The position numbers and the translations under genes were made by a program. From assembly GCA_965153285.1 (NCBI GenBank), contig OZ229116.1: DNA of 64,000 nucleotides, one strand, 5' to 3'. Shown here piece after piece: positions 37,818 to 51,164 of this stretch; the first letter of the stretch is position 1; each line of letters starts with the position of its first letter. Origin of the DNA: Podarcis tiliguerta. Taxonomy: Eukaryota. The notes under the pieces were generated by a model. That model saw nothing but the letters and a program-made list of their open reading frames with translations. It made no database searches and was not told where the DNA came from.

Positions 37818-38603
37818 GCATAGAGGGATGGGGGCATGCACATCGACTATCCTGCCTGTCATATTTGTGTGTTTATTATTTATTTGAAGTTTAGTGTGGA
37901 GGTCTGAAGAGGACTTGTTAGCATGTCTCCTCATGATCATGCGTTTTGCTTAGGAATCCCGCCAGTAAAACAAAGAGCAAAACAGAAGCTGCCAATTCCA
38001 GCTTCAGTTAAGACAACTTCTGATAAGTCTGAAATGGACTCACTAGTTTATGAGCTAATATGGTTGGCCTTTGGATACATATGTTTCAATCACATAAGCT
38101 ATGCTTTCCCCTTCAGAAAGCTGGGGAAAATGGGTGGAACAGTCTGCCTGCAAAAATCGTTTGGTTTCCAGTCTACAGGTATAATTTTTAAAAGGTAATA
38201 TTATGGCAGGAAAACTATCTCTCCACCCCACTCCTCTTTTGTCTATGGATTAATAGCAAGGATGTTATTTCTGGTGGGTGAACTATGCAGAGCCAGTAAA
38301 TTTCTGTACAGAAAATGATGAGCAAAGATGTGTGGTTGAAAAATGTCCTGAAATAATCCGTATTTGGGAAGACGAGGGTTGTTACACCTGAACACAGATG
38401 TATTGCAGAGTGGGAATGCATTGAGTTTATGAACGTTTGAGACTTCAGATAACAGGAGAGACTTTTCTGTGACTAGGAGCACCACCCTGTGCATGTCTAC
38501 TCAGAAGCAAGTCCCACTGAGAGCAATGGCACCAGGTAATTGTGTTTGCAGACTTCAGTGGGGTTTACAAGTACCTGTGTGTAGGATTACACTGTTGTAG
38601 CAT

Positions 38604-38712
38604 TGTGTCCTGGCTTGCACCCATCCTTGAGGCATTTGGCCACTGTTGGAGTAGGAAAGCAGCTCTGGCTGGACCTTTGGTCTGACCCAGCCTGGTAATC
38701 TTGTATATTCTT
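38604..38712 (+). mobile_element. Old CR1 3' UTR fragment
   Basis: GGCCACTG...TGGACCTTTGGTCTGACCCAGC...TTGTATATTCTT, resembling 30380-30492. Confidence 0.55.
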
Positions 38713-41080
38713 GTTCGATTCAATCTTACATTTCTTGTGGTACAACTCTGTTTCCCCTACTCCCTCATTTCAACTTTAAAATTATCTGCAAGAAATCAGT
38801 CTGAAGCAAAATGAGGGAAAGCTGCTATTTTTGTTTGGATGTATTTTTTCCCCCCTTAAAAAAATATATCTGGCAATTATGGTTTAATTGGATAAAACGT
38901 AATTGCTCCTATTTTAATCTGGATTAAGAAGCAGCTTTTATGTATCTTGATTGATAGAGAGAAGAGAATGGCCCCTTTGCTTTCCTTGATCTAGATTGCA
39001 TTGTCTCATTAAAATACCCCTTTCCTGTAATCACCATTTCACAGTTCAGTCATCTCCAGATACTGTGAAACAGCTGTGCAAAGGTCAAGTACAAGAGGGC
39101 AATGTGAAAAGAAAATCACAGCTCCCAGGGTTTCTAACCACCCTGTTAACAAATTTACTGACATGGGGCATAATTTTTACTGACGCTGCCCATTTTTTTA
39201 CTGACACTGATTCTTAGGGCTCCAGAGGGAGCAAGTACTGACATCTCTCTTGACTTTAAAAAGCTCATTGCTGAAATGGAGCAGTTTTAGGTGAAGATTT
39301 ACATACTGCTGCTACGTGTTTTTTCAGCAGAGGGGTTGTGCTTTTCTGAAGTTGTGTCAATCACAAAGCATCTTGGAGATATCCTCAACTGCGAAGGGGA
39401 TGTTGAACAGCGAGGACTGATAGTGAAATGCTAAGAGGACAAAAGGTTACAGCCCAGCTGCATTGCCACATCACGAAATTCCTGCTTGGAAGGCACTTCC
39501 ACCGGAGTATTTACCAGATGATGCTAATGAGATTGGTATATACTCAGTGGTGGTGTGGCCTATGTGGGAGTTGAAAACCCATTACTATTTCTGCAACAGG
39601 GGCCCTGCATTAAGCATCCTAGAGCCACGAAAGTAGAGCATTTAGGAACACAAAAAATGCAAGCTGCTTAAATTTCAAGAGAATGCTGTGCAAGTTCTGT
39701 TTTGTACAATGGAATTTAATGGAAGACACAACTCAAAGTCACTCCAAATCATTTGCACAGAAAATACCGGTAATAGATCTAGCCGAAAGGTAGCACCGGG
39801 AGATATTATGACCTTCGGAGAGTTTGTAAGTAAACCATTTTTAACTTACCAAACGTGTGGTCTTTTTCTAGTATGCTAGTGAAAGAGGGAGCTATTTTGG
39901 AACTCACAAGGACATATTTTAATGGTCCAACAGCCAAATTTCCTTGCTTAATTTTGTTGCATGTTTTGTGATTTTAAATCTCTGCTGGGGTTCTTTCACC
40001 CAACTTGGATCTCGGCATCTATTTTCCCCCCTTGCTACTAACATTATCACACTTCAAGACCACATTCCGGCTGGGGGGAAAACTCAGGAAGGTTGTGAAC
40101 AGGGGTGGTGAAAAGTGTGTTCTTGGAAAGGGTCTGTTGCCTGGAGAGGGTCCCCAAGGCTTGGATGAGAAGTTCCAAATCCCTTTTTTAAGATGAGGTG
40201 GCAGAGGGCTTTATCCTTCTTTTCTAGGAGAAGCAAAAATGGCAGTCACGTCATAAAGCTGCGTCACTTCCACTTGGCCATTCTGCAGCACATGGGGATG
40301 CCTAGAGGTAACCTTGACTGCAGCACTGCCGCCTCCAGAAGTGCTAGCAAAGCCCCCCACCCCTGGTTAAGAAAGAAGGGGAAAAGGACAACACCGCAAC
40401 CCATCTTATCCATGAGGACCCCTCACAATAAAAATTAACTGATTTCTCTCAGCCCACTGAACGGCACCAAAAATTGCCAACTCCCCACACTGTCTCTGTG
40501 TATTTGCTTCCCCCACCCCACCCCACTGCCAAAGGTTCCTTCCATCTCTTTTGGGGCATTCTATATCCATGTTATTGATGAGTGTATTGAAGCAGAGGTG
40601 GAATTAGTTGCGATATTTGAATCAAGGACTTCCTGGCTCACAGCTCATACTCTTACAGTACAACCCTATCCTCACACTGAAGCCAGTGTGTATATGATAT
40701 AAGGCCTTTCATGCACAAACATTGATTCAATCACTGAACCACATAAGCAACCTTGGGAGACATATCATATCTGAATGGTGCGTGCCAATCTTTACTCATA
40801 TTCCTAATGGAAGATTTGACTGTTTCTAGTCTACAGAAGCAGTGTGCTCTCTAGAATTGGCAAAATGCTCTCAGAGATGATATTAGCCCATTCTGGCAAT
40901 TCCTTTGAAGAATATATTTTCTTTCAAGTATTCTGCATGCAGTTCTACTGCTGTTTTTTTAAACAGATTTTATATAGTTGTGCTAGAGTACATACTTTTT
41001 CTAAAAGAAAATTACATCTTTCTTTTGTAATAGATTGTATTCACATTGTCACCAGGGCCCTGAATGCTCTGAACTATATA

Positions 41081-41255
41081 GTGGTGGTAGTAGTAGTAGT
41101 AATCATTTTTTATTTATACCCTGCCCTCCCTGGCCAGGGCCAGACTCAGGGCGGCTAACACCAAATATAAATTACAATAGAAGGTAACAGGAAAAAACAA
41201 AAACAGTTAATTAAAATACGGCTTAAAATACAGCTTAAAATGCAGCCTCATTTTA
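41081..41255 (-). mobile_element. L2 3' UTR fragment with trinucleotide tail
   Basis: Colinear with 20309-20430 (TTTATTTATACCCTGCCCT...CTCAGGGCGGCTAACACC...AAAATGCAGCCTCATTTT). Confidence 0.8.
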
Positions 41256-41281
41256 GTGTAGCCCCTTACTACTAGTAGTAA

Positions 41282-41602
41282 TGTTATGTATTCAGTGGTC
41301 TGTGTTTGCCTGAGCTTGAGTCTGGACTAAGGATTCTGAGCTCCTGTGTTCTGATTCAATCCATGATATCCAATCACAGAACATTTCAGGATTTGGGCCT
41401 CTGCCATTGGCCCTTGAACTCTGACTCATGATTCGTAGCTTGGAAGTTTAGACAGCCAATCACGTTGAGAGTAGGAGTGGCCCAAGCCTTTATAAATGTA
41501 TATAAGCAGTTGCTTTGTCCCTGTTTTCCAGTTCTGTTAGTTCAATAAAGTTTCTTGCTGTTATCACTGTGTCTTGCCTCATGGCAACCCACCTACACTT
41601 CA
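41282..41602 (+). mobile_element. Solo LTR (321 bp)
   Basis: TG...CA termini; perfect 5-bp TSD AGTAA (41277-41281, 41603-41607); CCAAT, TATATAA and AATAAA in U3-R-U5 order. Confidence 0.88.
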
Positions 41603-41838
41603 AGTAACACTGACTGACAGCATTGGATGACATTGAGATGCCTTGTGGGTCTATGAGTTCACAGCCATGTCTTGACGATCACACTAATCTCCAACTTGGC
41701 ACTCAAGATGAAAGTTCATTTGAAGTAACCTTGCCTGCATACTAGTATCTGTGTTTGCTTACTGTAGGGGGGTGGGGAGTTCATTAGCTGCACACCACTG
41801 ACACTGAAGTATCTGCTTAGGTCACACTGACCTAAAGG

Positions 41839-41976
41839 CAGGGTTTTTTTCTCAGCCAGAACTCATTAGAACTCATTTCCGTCATCTTCTCAGGTAGGCG
41901 CCATTGCCATTCTAAGAGAACAAGGGAGGCCTTTGTGACGAGTTCCGGCACCTCCTTTTATAGAAAAATAGCACTG
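41839..41976. mobile_element. hAT MITE
   Basis: TIRs CAGGGTTTTTTT / AAAAATAGCACTG; perfect 8-bp TSD CCTAAAGG (41831-41838, 41977-41984). Confidence 0.88.
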
Positions 41977-41985
41977 CCTAAAGGA

Positions 41986-42336
41986 GGGACATGGGTGGCA
42001 CTGTGGGTTAAACCACAGAGCCAAGGGCTTGCCAATCAGAAGACCTGCGGTTCGAATCCCTGCGACGGGGTGAGCTCCCATTGCTCGGTCCCTGCTCCTG
42101 CCAACCTAGCAGTTCGAAATCATGTCAAAGTGCAAGTAGATAAATAGGTACCGCTTTGGCGGGAAGGTAAACAGCGTTTCCATGCGCTGCTCTGGTTCAC
42201 CAGAAGCGGTTTAATCATGCTGGGTACATGACCCAGAAGCTGTACGCTGGCTCCCTTGGGCAATAAAGCGAGATGAGCGCCGCAACCCCAGAGTCGGCCA
42301 CGACTGGACCTAACGGTCAGGGGTCCCTTTACCTTT
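41986..42336 (+). mobile_element. Sauria SINE
   Basis: Full length; AAAGGAGGG repeated at both junctions. Confidence 0.93.
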
Positions 42337-42519
42337 TAAAAGGAGGGCTACTACAGCTGAAGCCTGAAGAAAGTGTTTGGGTCTATTATTAGGTTTCAGG
42401 GCAGGATGCAAACCTGAAGTCTACTGGACACACAATGCTAGGTAACCATTTCAAAAATAGCAGTGTTTAGCCTTTCCGTTTTTGGACATTCAATGCCAAT
42501 TTCTTTCTATGACATAGAC

Positions 42520-42658
42520 CGGGGGTAGCTAATGTGAGACCCTCTGCAAGTTCTTGGGACTCCAACTCTCCTCATTTCTGACTATTGGCCATGCTGGCTG
42601 AGGCTGATGGGAGATGAAGTCCAATGACACCTGGAAGGAGCCATGTTGACAACCCCTG
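42520..42658. mobile_element. Palindromic hAT MITE
   Basis: Same family as 37679-37817. Confidence 0.8.
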
Positions 42659-43066
42659 ACTTGGGCAGATAATTATGTTCCAGAGACTTGAATACCCTGT
42701 GGTATATAGACACACATTTTCTTTCTGCCTTGCTATACATAGGTTAGGCAGGTTTGGGGTGGTCTAGAAAAACTTCCCAAATCTTTCTGACCAAATATCA
42801 TAGTGATGTTAGTGGGGGAAGTGAGCTTGTTTACTCTGGGCATGCTACCCACGAAAAGGTTGTCTGTACAAAACCTCACGGGGGATATCAAACTTGTCGC
42901 GCCTTAAATTCTACCCAGCTATGCGCACTGCAGTGCATTTCTCATTGCAGAGGGGGGTGAGGAGACAGCAGAGAGAAACGAGGTGCCTTGCATCCCCCCT
43001 CGATTTCTGCCTGCGCTTAGAGAAGCAAGAGCAGGGAACATTTTGCATTCTCTGAATGTATCACAC

Positions 43067-43310
43067 NNNNNNNNNNNNNNNNNNNNNNNNNNNNNNNNNN
43101 NNNNNNNNNNNNNNNNNNNNNNNNNNNNNNNNNNNNNNNNNNNNNNNNNNNNNNNNNNNNNNNNNNNNNNNNNNNNNNNNNNNNNNNNNNNNNNNNNNNN
43201 NNNNNNNNNNNNNNNNNNNNNNNNNNNNNNNNNNNNNNNNNNNNNNNNNNNNNNNNNNNNNNNNNNNNNNNNNNNNNNNNNNNNNNNNNNNNNNNNNNNN
43301 NNNNNNNNNN
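43067..43310. other. Assembly gap (244 N)
   Basis: Run of N. Confidence 1.
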
Positions 43311-43381
43311 TATGCAATGTATGTTAGACATTTCTACCTCTCTCTCTCTGATATTTTATAGAGTATCGTTCATTAAAAAAA

Positions 43382-43384
<3 letters not shown>

Positions 43385-43414
<30 letters not shown>
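43385..43414. repeat. (AC)n microsatellite
   Basis: Direct inspection. Confidence 0.97.
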
Positions 43415-43416
<2 letters not shown>

Positions 43417-46400
43417 TTTTAGATGTACAAGAATAAGGGAACTATCCATTTGTACAATTTTCACAAATGACTATGGGATGCCAATCATGTACCTGTCCCT
43501 GGACACCTTTGAAAACAAAATGACTGTTTCCATTTATTTTCCTCTTGAAAGATCAAAATAAATAGATGTTTCCAAATAAAATCCTGGCACTGTGACAGCA
43601 ATTTTAATGAAACCAGTTATGTTGTGGGAGCTGCGACAAGAGGTTATTAAAAGGTGACATCAATTCATAGAAAACTTCCTCCAAAGGTTGGGCTTCAGGC
43701 AGGCTCAAGTCACAGAGGATACCTTTTAGAAAGGTGGCCTGTGGAGCACTTGAGAGGCCAGATATATTTTTCTTGTCAATTATTTCTCAAGAGAAGCTTG
43801 CTTCTTGCTTGGCTATGATTACACCTGGAATCATCTCCTACACCCATACAGCTTATCTGATTGGAAAGCTTGCAGAATGCACAACCCATTATCTTCAGTA
43901 GACTATAGGAAATGGCTGGTGAAAGGGCGGTCCATTAGCCACACCCAGTTCTTGACCCATGACTTCTGCCCATTTTCTGTTCTTCAGATGAAGCCCTTCC
44001 TGCTCTAAATATTGCTATACTCCCCACCAATGAGTGTCCCACTTGACTAATCCATGGGGCAGGGATGGGGAATATGGGGAGCTCCAGCTTCCATCGTAGC
44101 TTGACTCCAGTTCCTATTGGTTCCATTCAGCATGGCCAATGGTCAAGAAAGAGGGCCACAGGTTCCCCATCTCCACTGTAAGTTATACAGGTCTACAATG
44201 ATGGATAAATGGAAGATCCATAATAGCCTTAAAACAAGCTAGAGCTCTGGTATCTTTTTTTTTTTGGCCACATAAGCTTTTTTTCATCTCCAATCAGACA
44301 GGGCTAAGTGCTGATGCCATTGAAGACAGAGAAACAAAGTGCATGCAGAGCGAGTGTGACGCCTAATCTGGAAATATTGCCTCACTTAGAATTGGCTTTG
44401 CTCCCATTAACAGTGATGACATTGCTGTTACTGAAAGAGGTGAGTTTGGGGAATCTTCCAGGAAATATCACAAGCCCTAAAGCCCCACTTTGTGCTGAAA
44501 ATGTTCACTGGAGAACATTAAGTTCAGTTATAATCAGAACAGAGCCCCTGTACAGCACTCTGATTAGCAGCAGGCTCTTCTTGCATCCTTAGGGTGGGCT
44601 GCTGGGGCACCCAACCAGGGCACAATCTGGACAGGTTGCAAAATTTTTAAAAAGCATCAAAGGGCAAGACTGGCTTTAGGCTTTGTTCTCCAATGCCCAC
44701 TAGTGTCCATCAGTACTGCTTCCCTCATTATGTCATCTACAAATAAACACACACATACTGTTACTGTGCTCCCCACTTGTGGATGGGTATGTAAGTATAG
44801 GGTCAAAGCTGATCTAGTGGGCTGGTCTGGGGCTTCCTCCACCATAGGTCACTCCTCCCCCAGCATGATGGTGGTACTGGAATGGCAGAGGCACTGCTGT
44901 CAGTACTGGTTGGGTTTCAGCGCTGGCTGGCAGCAGAATGGAACTTCACCCAAGAGCAATTGACTGGCTGAGCTGGTAAAGAGTCAATCCTAACAAGCAG
45001 TTGCGAAAGGTCACCACTGTCCCCATGCCACCTTCTCCCTATGGGTTACTTGGTGACTGCTGCAACAGAGCCCTCCTTTGTCCCTGTTTCTGAGTGCAAA
45101 AGGCAAAACAAATATGACCATGCTTGGCTAGGTTCCCAGAGTCTCTGGTGGCCCCTTGCTAGCCCAAGGACATTAGCTGACGCTGGGTCTTCTAATATAT
45201 CAACAACAACATTCCTTGATTTAATATCTGGAACAATTGGACCTGGTTTCAAGACAATGTTAAACAACCAGATTTCAGCACACTCACAGTGGTTTGGTAA
45301 AAAGAGCAGGCGAAGTAGACCAGTCCTCAGGTCCCTTCCAGTTCTCCAATCCTATGTTTCTTTGATTCAGCCCTTGCAGCCTTAATCCAGGGAAGCACAT
45401 GGAGCCTGTTGGTCAGGGACAAGAATAAAACCCAGATAAGTGACTGAAGAAGATTGATAGGCAGCATATTCCACACCCACCCACACCCCAAACAGCTTGT
45501 GAGCTGATTCATTAGAAAAGGGTCCATCTGAGCAGTAAGAATGTGGCATTGCTGCAGCAAATGGAGCTCATGTCGTGACACAACACCGCAGGGCATCCAC
45601 CCCAACACTGGCATTGTTTACCTGCATGGTGGAGCAAGGTGGTGGTGAGGCTGAGACTGTGTGGATGCATTGGCAGGAGCTCTGGATGGCCTCTGCTGGT
45701 GTGTCTGTGCAGTCTCAGCCTCGCCATTGCTCTGCTCTTCCCCAGAGCTGTCCAGGAACGCTGCGATGTCAGGAAGATGGCTCCATAGCTGTGTCTCACC
45801 ATACCAGCCTTTCCTGGCTGTAGCACTACACTACAGCCTGAGGCGACGTGAGAATGGACCCGGACCATTCTCATGTCACTCAGGGTTTGCCAATCAGCTG
45901 CTACTGTGTCATCCCAAGGAGAACTCCTGTTTTACCTTCTGGCTCCTAGGGGTTATACACTGAGAACCCTGCCCTGGGATTAGAAGTGGCGAACGGTTAT
46001 GGGCCTGTCCCTCTGCCCTTTGAACAGCCCAGTAGGAATACTCTCCGGGGAAAGGCTATTCACAGTCCATAACGAAGATAGTGTGTCTAGAAACAAATCC
46101 CTATCTTGGCATGTTTGTGCAAGTGAAGCTGGCGTGCTACCTCGCAAGCTGGCACCACGCCATCCCACCAGATGGGCAGCAGCATAGGCAGCCAAGAGAC
46201 CATGTATAAGCATCAAACATGTGTGTTGAGGGCAGGATCCCTAGCTAGAAGAGTGTTGAAATGACTCTCTGTCCTGAGCTGGCATGCCTGCCATAAAGGA
46301 GGCGCACCATGGCTGTTCGAAGCTCTGAAAAATAACAGGAGAAGTGTAAGTACAGGCTTGTTCATCTACTGCAAGGTGAGTTTTTGGCTCTGCGAAAGCA

Positions 46401-47207
46401 TGATTAATATTCCACAGGGGTGGGGAGGGCATAGGGGCATCCCAAGGTGTACTTAGACATCTGCTACATGTTTAGATGCACTTAATGAGTGGCTCTAAAT
46501 ATCTTAAGCTGAAATCATGGGCAATGTGGTAATTCTGATCTCTTTATTATAGGATAGCCATGTACGTGCTAAGGAGGTTTCCACCTTTTATGGCTGGGGG
46601 AACAACCTAAATCCAAACCATTATGACCTAAGCACTGTTGAATGTTTAGAACAGGAGTACTGGCTTGGCCCCACAACTGTGGGTGCCATGCAGCATGCAT
46701 GGTCCTGGTGCCAATATCTGTAGGTGCCTGGCCCCTTCATGGGGATTTTGTGGGTGCTTGAGCACCCCAGGCCCCAGGAAGTCAGCACCTATGGTTCAGA
46801 ACATGGGAACGAAACAATGTAATTGAAGCACATACTTCTTTAATTCTCCAGTTCTATCGCTTCCTTAATTTGATCTTCTTTTTTTAGCACAGTCTCGACA
46901 GTGGTTTAATTTGTCCCCAGAATAACTGCTACAACAGCTGGGATAAAGAATTGGGAGGTCATGGCTCAAATTCGTCTTTGTCTTTACCCAATATTCATTT
47001 GTCCTGTGGCTTCGATAAAGATGCTTTGGGCATCTCATTGTGGAGATGCACTTCAGCACCTGTCGCCCTTTATGGACAAGAAGGGACTCCACATAATTAA
47101 TAGGAATTTAGGGCTATGCTGCTGGCATCACTTCTGACATCTATGCTGGCATCACTTCTGACGTCTAACAAACCCTAGGTAAGTGCAGGAACCCCTGGAG
47201 TATCTCG

Positions 47208-47337
47208 CATGGGAGTAGCCAAGACTTTTGTTGGGGGGCAGAACTGACATGATTGGTCAGTTAAGTATTTCTATTGTTTTACTTGATTGGGGGGAGGGCA
47301 GCTGCCCCCTTGCCCCTCCCCCCTGGCTACGGCCATG
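47208..47337. mobile_element. hAT-type MITE
   Basis: Related to 22543-22693; degenerate 8-bp TSD GTATCTCG/GTGTCTCA. Confidence 0.72.
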
Positions 47338-48816
47338 GTGTCTCACTACTTGGAGACCGGAATTGTATGCAATGAGACACTTCAACCTCGCTTTAGGCAA
47401 AGAACAGCCAAACTTCCCATTAAGGCTTGCAATCCTCAATACTGGGAAACAATCTTCATTGGACGTACTTCTGATCAGACACTTGTGGCGTCTGGCTGCT
47501 CATGAGCATTGCTAGTCCACTAATCAATTAACAGGCCACACCAAAAAGTAGAGACAATGCCATTTATGTATTTGCCTCGAGAAACCAAATAGTATCAAAG
47601 GAAGGTGGTGCGGCCTCGCAGCCCGTGGGTGGATGTCCTCAAACACGTTAATCTCGACAGAAAATGTGCTAAGCATGATAATCTGTTTGTGCTTGCAAAG
47701 AAGATTTATCTATACACAGTGCGTCACTGACACATGGGCCTCATTGTCTGTGTATTTAAAGAGGAAACATTTTTGTTTCTTTATGTCAGGAATACTTGTA
47801 TTTTCCAGCGCATCCAAAGTAACCCTAACTAAGCCATATAAAGGCAAATCACATCTTCAGACTTGGTGACTCACGCTTATTTCTTGCTTGATTTGGTGCC
47901 AGCCTGAAATTCCAGTTCTAACTTATAATAACATTAGACTTTAATTCTACAGATTCAATCAAAGCTACACTTAATATAAAGAAAACAAATTCACTATTTT
48001 ATAGCCACAGTAAATACTTTCCCCGGAATGCTTTTGGGGGTGTCTTTTTCTTATTTATAGTTTTTCACAATGCTAGAGACTTTGTTTTAGTACTGTGTAT
48101 TTATCGCCGCAGAATAATCATTTTCTGGTTGGCTTCACAACGAGCCCCTTCAAAAGTAGTTGTTATAGTTCCATGCTCTTTAAATCTACCCCCTTCTATT
48201 CCTGCTGCTGCAATACATTACGCTTTATATTCTTGAAGCCATAAACTCTGCGCTCACCTAATTATTTGCTGCATTTTTATGTACAGCCCCTTAAAAAACA
48301 TAAAACTTTACAAAAATAATTACAACTAAAATAAATAATCTTAACTATGATGGAAACTAAAAAGAATTCATCGAGGAAAGATTGCAGGAGGCTGTCTGAC
48401 TAGCTAGCTCAACTGGAAACATGTTAAAGCATCAGCAGTTTTAAAATATTAAGATGATGGTTGCTGGTTCTTAATTATCATTCATCCTTTCCTGTTAAGG
48501 AAGAAAAGAGCAAATTTTTCTGCGGTATTGATTATTCTGTTGATAGAATCCATTACTGCAATTCTGTAGTCTGAAAAGGCACTTCCTGTGGAGGTAACTA
48601 TGGTTCTTTTAACTTGTCTTTTGAGGCTTCCACATATTGGGCTTTTCTTGTTGATATGCCAGCAATGCAGGGATGTAAAAATTCAGGTACTGAGTAATGG
48701 AGCCTTTGGGGGGGGGGGGATGGGTCTGGTGATAGGCATGGGAGTTCCTCAAGAGGACATGAAGTTGCTTCCTGTGTATTCCGCCTCCTGCCTTGTCTTC
48801 CTTCCTTAGTCCCTAC

Positions 48817-49246
48817 CAGAGATGGGGAAGACATCCAATTCTGGTCACATTTAAAAGGTTGCTCTATCAAACCTGCACTTTACAAAAAAAAATACGCAAA
48901 CCGAAACAGCTGTCCTTCTAAATTTGCACATATTAAGATTTCACATTACAGTTCTCCAACCAAGCAATGCTTGCAAAAAATGCACATATAAGGGGAAATT
49001 GTGCAAGAAAATAGTACCAGAATGCATCGTATTAGGGGATATTGCTTGCAAAATTGTGTGCATTCATAAAAATTGCATGCAAAAATGTGTTCATTCATGG
49101 GGAAATGTACCAAAATGCTGATGAATTTTCATGAGGATTTTAAAATAACAACAACAACAATTGCTCCAGAAATGTGGAAAACTGAACTTAAGACTGGAAG
49201 AATGAGCAACTGAGAGAACCAAAATTGACAGGCCCTTCCTATCCTA
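48817..49246. mobile_element. Old non-autonomous DNA transposon (hAT-like)
   Basis: Diverged reverse complement of 28795-29251; termini CAGAGATGGGGAAG / CTTCCTATCCTA. Confidence 0.6.
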
Positions 49247-50803
49247 TAATCATAATAAAAAAATATTATTATTATTATCTTAGTCCCTATTGTATTCTTT
49301 TCCCAGGGCGGTTAACTCTGTCTGCTGGCAACACTTTTACATACAGCTTTGGTTACCGTGTTCTCAAACTGAAATGGTGGTGAACTAGCAAGGAGCTAGC
49401 TACTGATGACACTTTATTATTTCTTGGAGTGGAGCGGGATCCCATTCCTGGTGACTGTGTGAGAGGGTCTGGGCTTGGCTGTATGAAGGTGACTCCAGCT
49501 GCCAAGAAATTGGGAATAGCTTCCCCTTAGATCGGAGACTGGCATTAAAAGCATTTCTCTAATTTACTTTGGTTTCTGCTTGGCTCCAGAGCCTTTCCTT
49601 TGCATTTCTTCCCTCCAACTACATTACTGAGAGTATGGAGATTTCATTTCCTTTTATTATTCCTGTCCTTACATTTTATCTAAGCCCACTATCTTTTTTT
49701 TTAGGAACCGCTGGGAATGGAACGGAATGCGCTAATGAGAACAGGAGTCTTCATGCCCATGACATTCTCAAGTCCCTATCACTCCTCCTCTCTCCTCTGG
49801 CTCTTAGAAAATTTTGCTGGCTCCAGCTTTGCAAAGAGCATACATTTAAAAAATGCACCTCTGGATAAAGAAAACAAACTGGTGTCTTCAAATCAGAGTG
49901 CTGCGTCATTAAATAAGTAAATAAAAACTTCCTTGCGTACTTGTTTACAAGAATATAGCAACTTTCATATCCTTTCCGGTGGAAAGAAATGGTTTTTAAA
50001 CTAGTCACATCATGTGCTACCGTGCTAATCTTGAATCTAGGGCAGAGGGAGAAGCCTCTTGCTGTTTGTGTAAGCTATCCTACTGTCTGGCTGCAATCAC
50101 TACCCTTGCTCTTTCCCAGCTACCAAGAGACTGCTGCATTTTTCTAAGAGGCTATCTGATAACATTTGTACAGAAAAGATGAGTGTAATGCTAGGTCAAA
50201 GGAAAACACTCCATATATTGTTTTTCTGACAAACCCTACAGGATGTATATCTTCTGCACCACACAAGGGATCTTCAGTGCCAAATGTTTTAGCTTCGTTT
50301 TCTCTCCGCTGTGAAATATCGGCTCATTTCCACCACAAAAGTTTGTAGGTTTTAAGGTTCAAACTATGAGTGTAGTTGCACTGACACTTTCCTGGAGTCT
50401 CTAACTATGTTGTGGGTCACACTATGTGAGTCACACTTGAACAAACATAGGTTGGTACTAAATTCATGTGCCAGTGCTTGTTTGCTGCTGTAGCCATTTT
50501 GGAGATGTTTTTAAATGCAAATGGATTAGCCAACCTCTTACTGCAAGTCTGTTGCATGTTTTTTAATATATATATAGAAAATAATCTTGATAATATGATG
50601 ACATTTTCTGAAAGAATAAGAAAGTATTTATTATTTTGTTAGCTTTGTTGATTACCATAGCATCCAAGAACATCCAGCCCAAGATTTCATGTGAACGATC
50701 AAAATCTCGCATCTCCCTTTCGTAGCTAATTATTTGGAGCACTTTCAAAACATTTGACAGCACAGAGCTTTCCCCATTACTGTGATGTATAGAATGCTAA
50801 TTA

Positions 50804-51164
50804 GGGACACGGGTGGCGCTGTGGGTAAAACCTCAGCGCCTAGGACTTGCCAATCGCATGGTCGGCGGTTCGAATCCCCACAGTGGGGTGCGCTCCCGTT
50901 GCTCGGTCCCAGCGCCTGCCAACCTAGCAGTTTGAAAGCACCCCCGGGTGCAAGTAGATAAATAGGGACCACTTACCAGCGGGAAGGTAAACGGCGTTCC
51001 GTGTGCTGCGCTGGCTCGCTAGATGCAGCTTGTCACGCTGGCCACGTGACCCGGAAGTGTCTGCGGACAGCGCTGGCTCCCGGCCTATAGAGTGAGATGA
51101 GCGCACAACCCTAGAGTCTGTCAAGACTGGCCCGTACGGGCAGGGGTACCTTTACCTTTACCTT
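50804..51164 (+). mobile_element. Sauria SINE with TSD (variant shared with 7706)
   Basis: Full length, CpG-rich, (ACCTTT)3 tail; perfect 12-bp TSD TATAGAATGCTA (50788-50799, 51165-51176). Confidence 0.95.

Noticed and set aside
49705-49920. Acceptor-like T-tract followed by an open frame (also 19366-19570 and 58975-59056)
   Set aside because: Peptides unrecognised; such sites are expected by chance in 64 kb.
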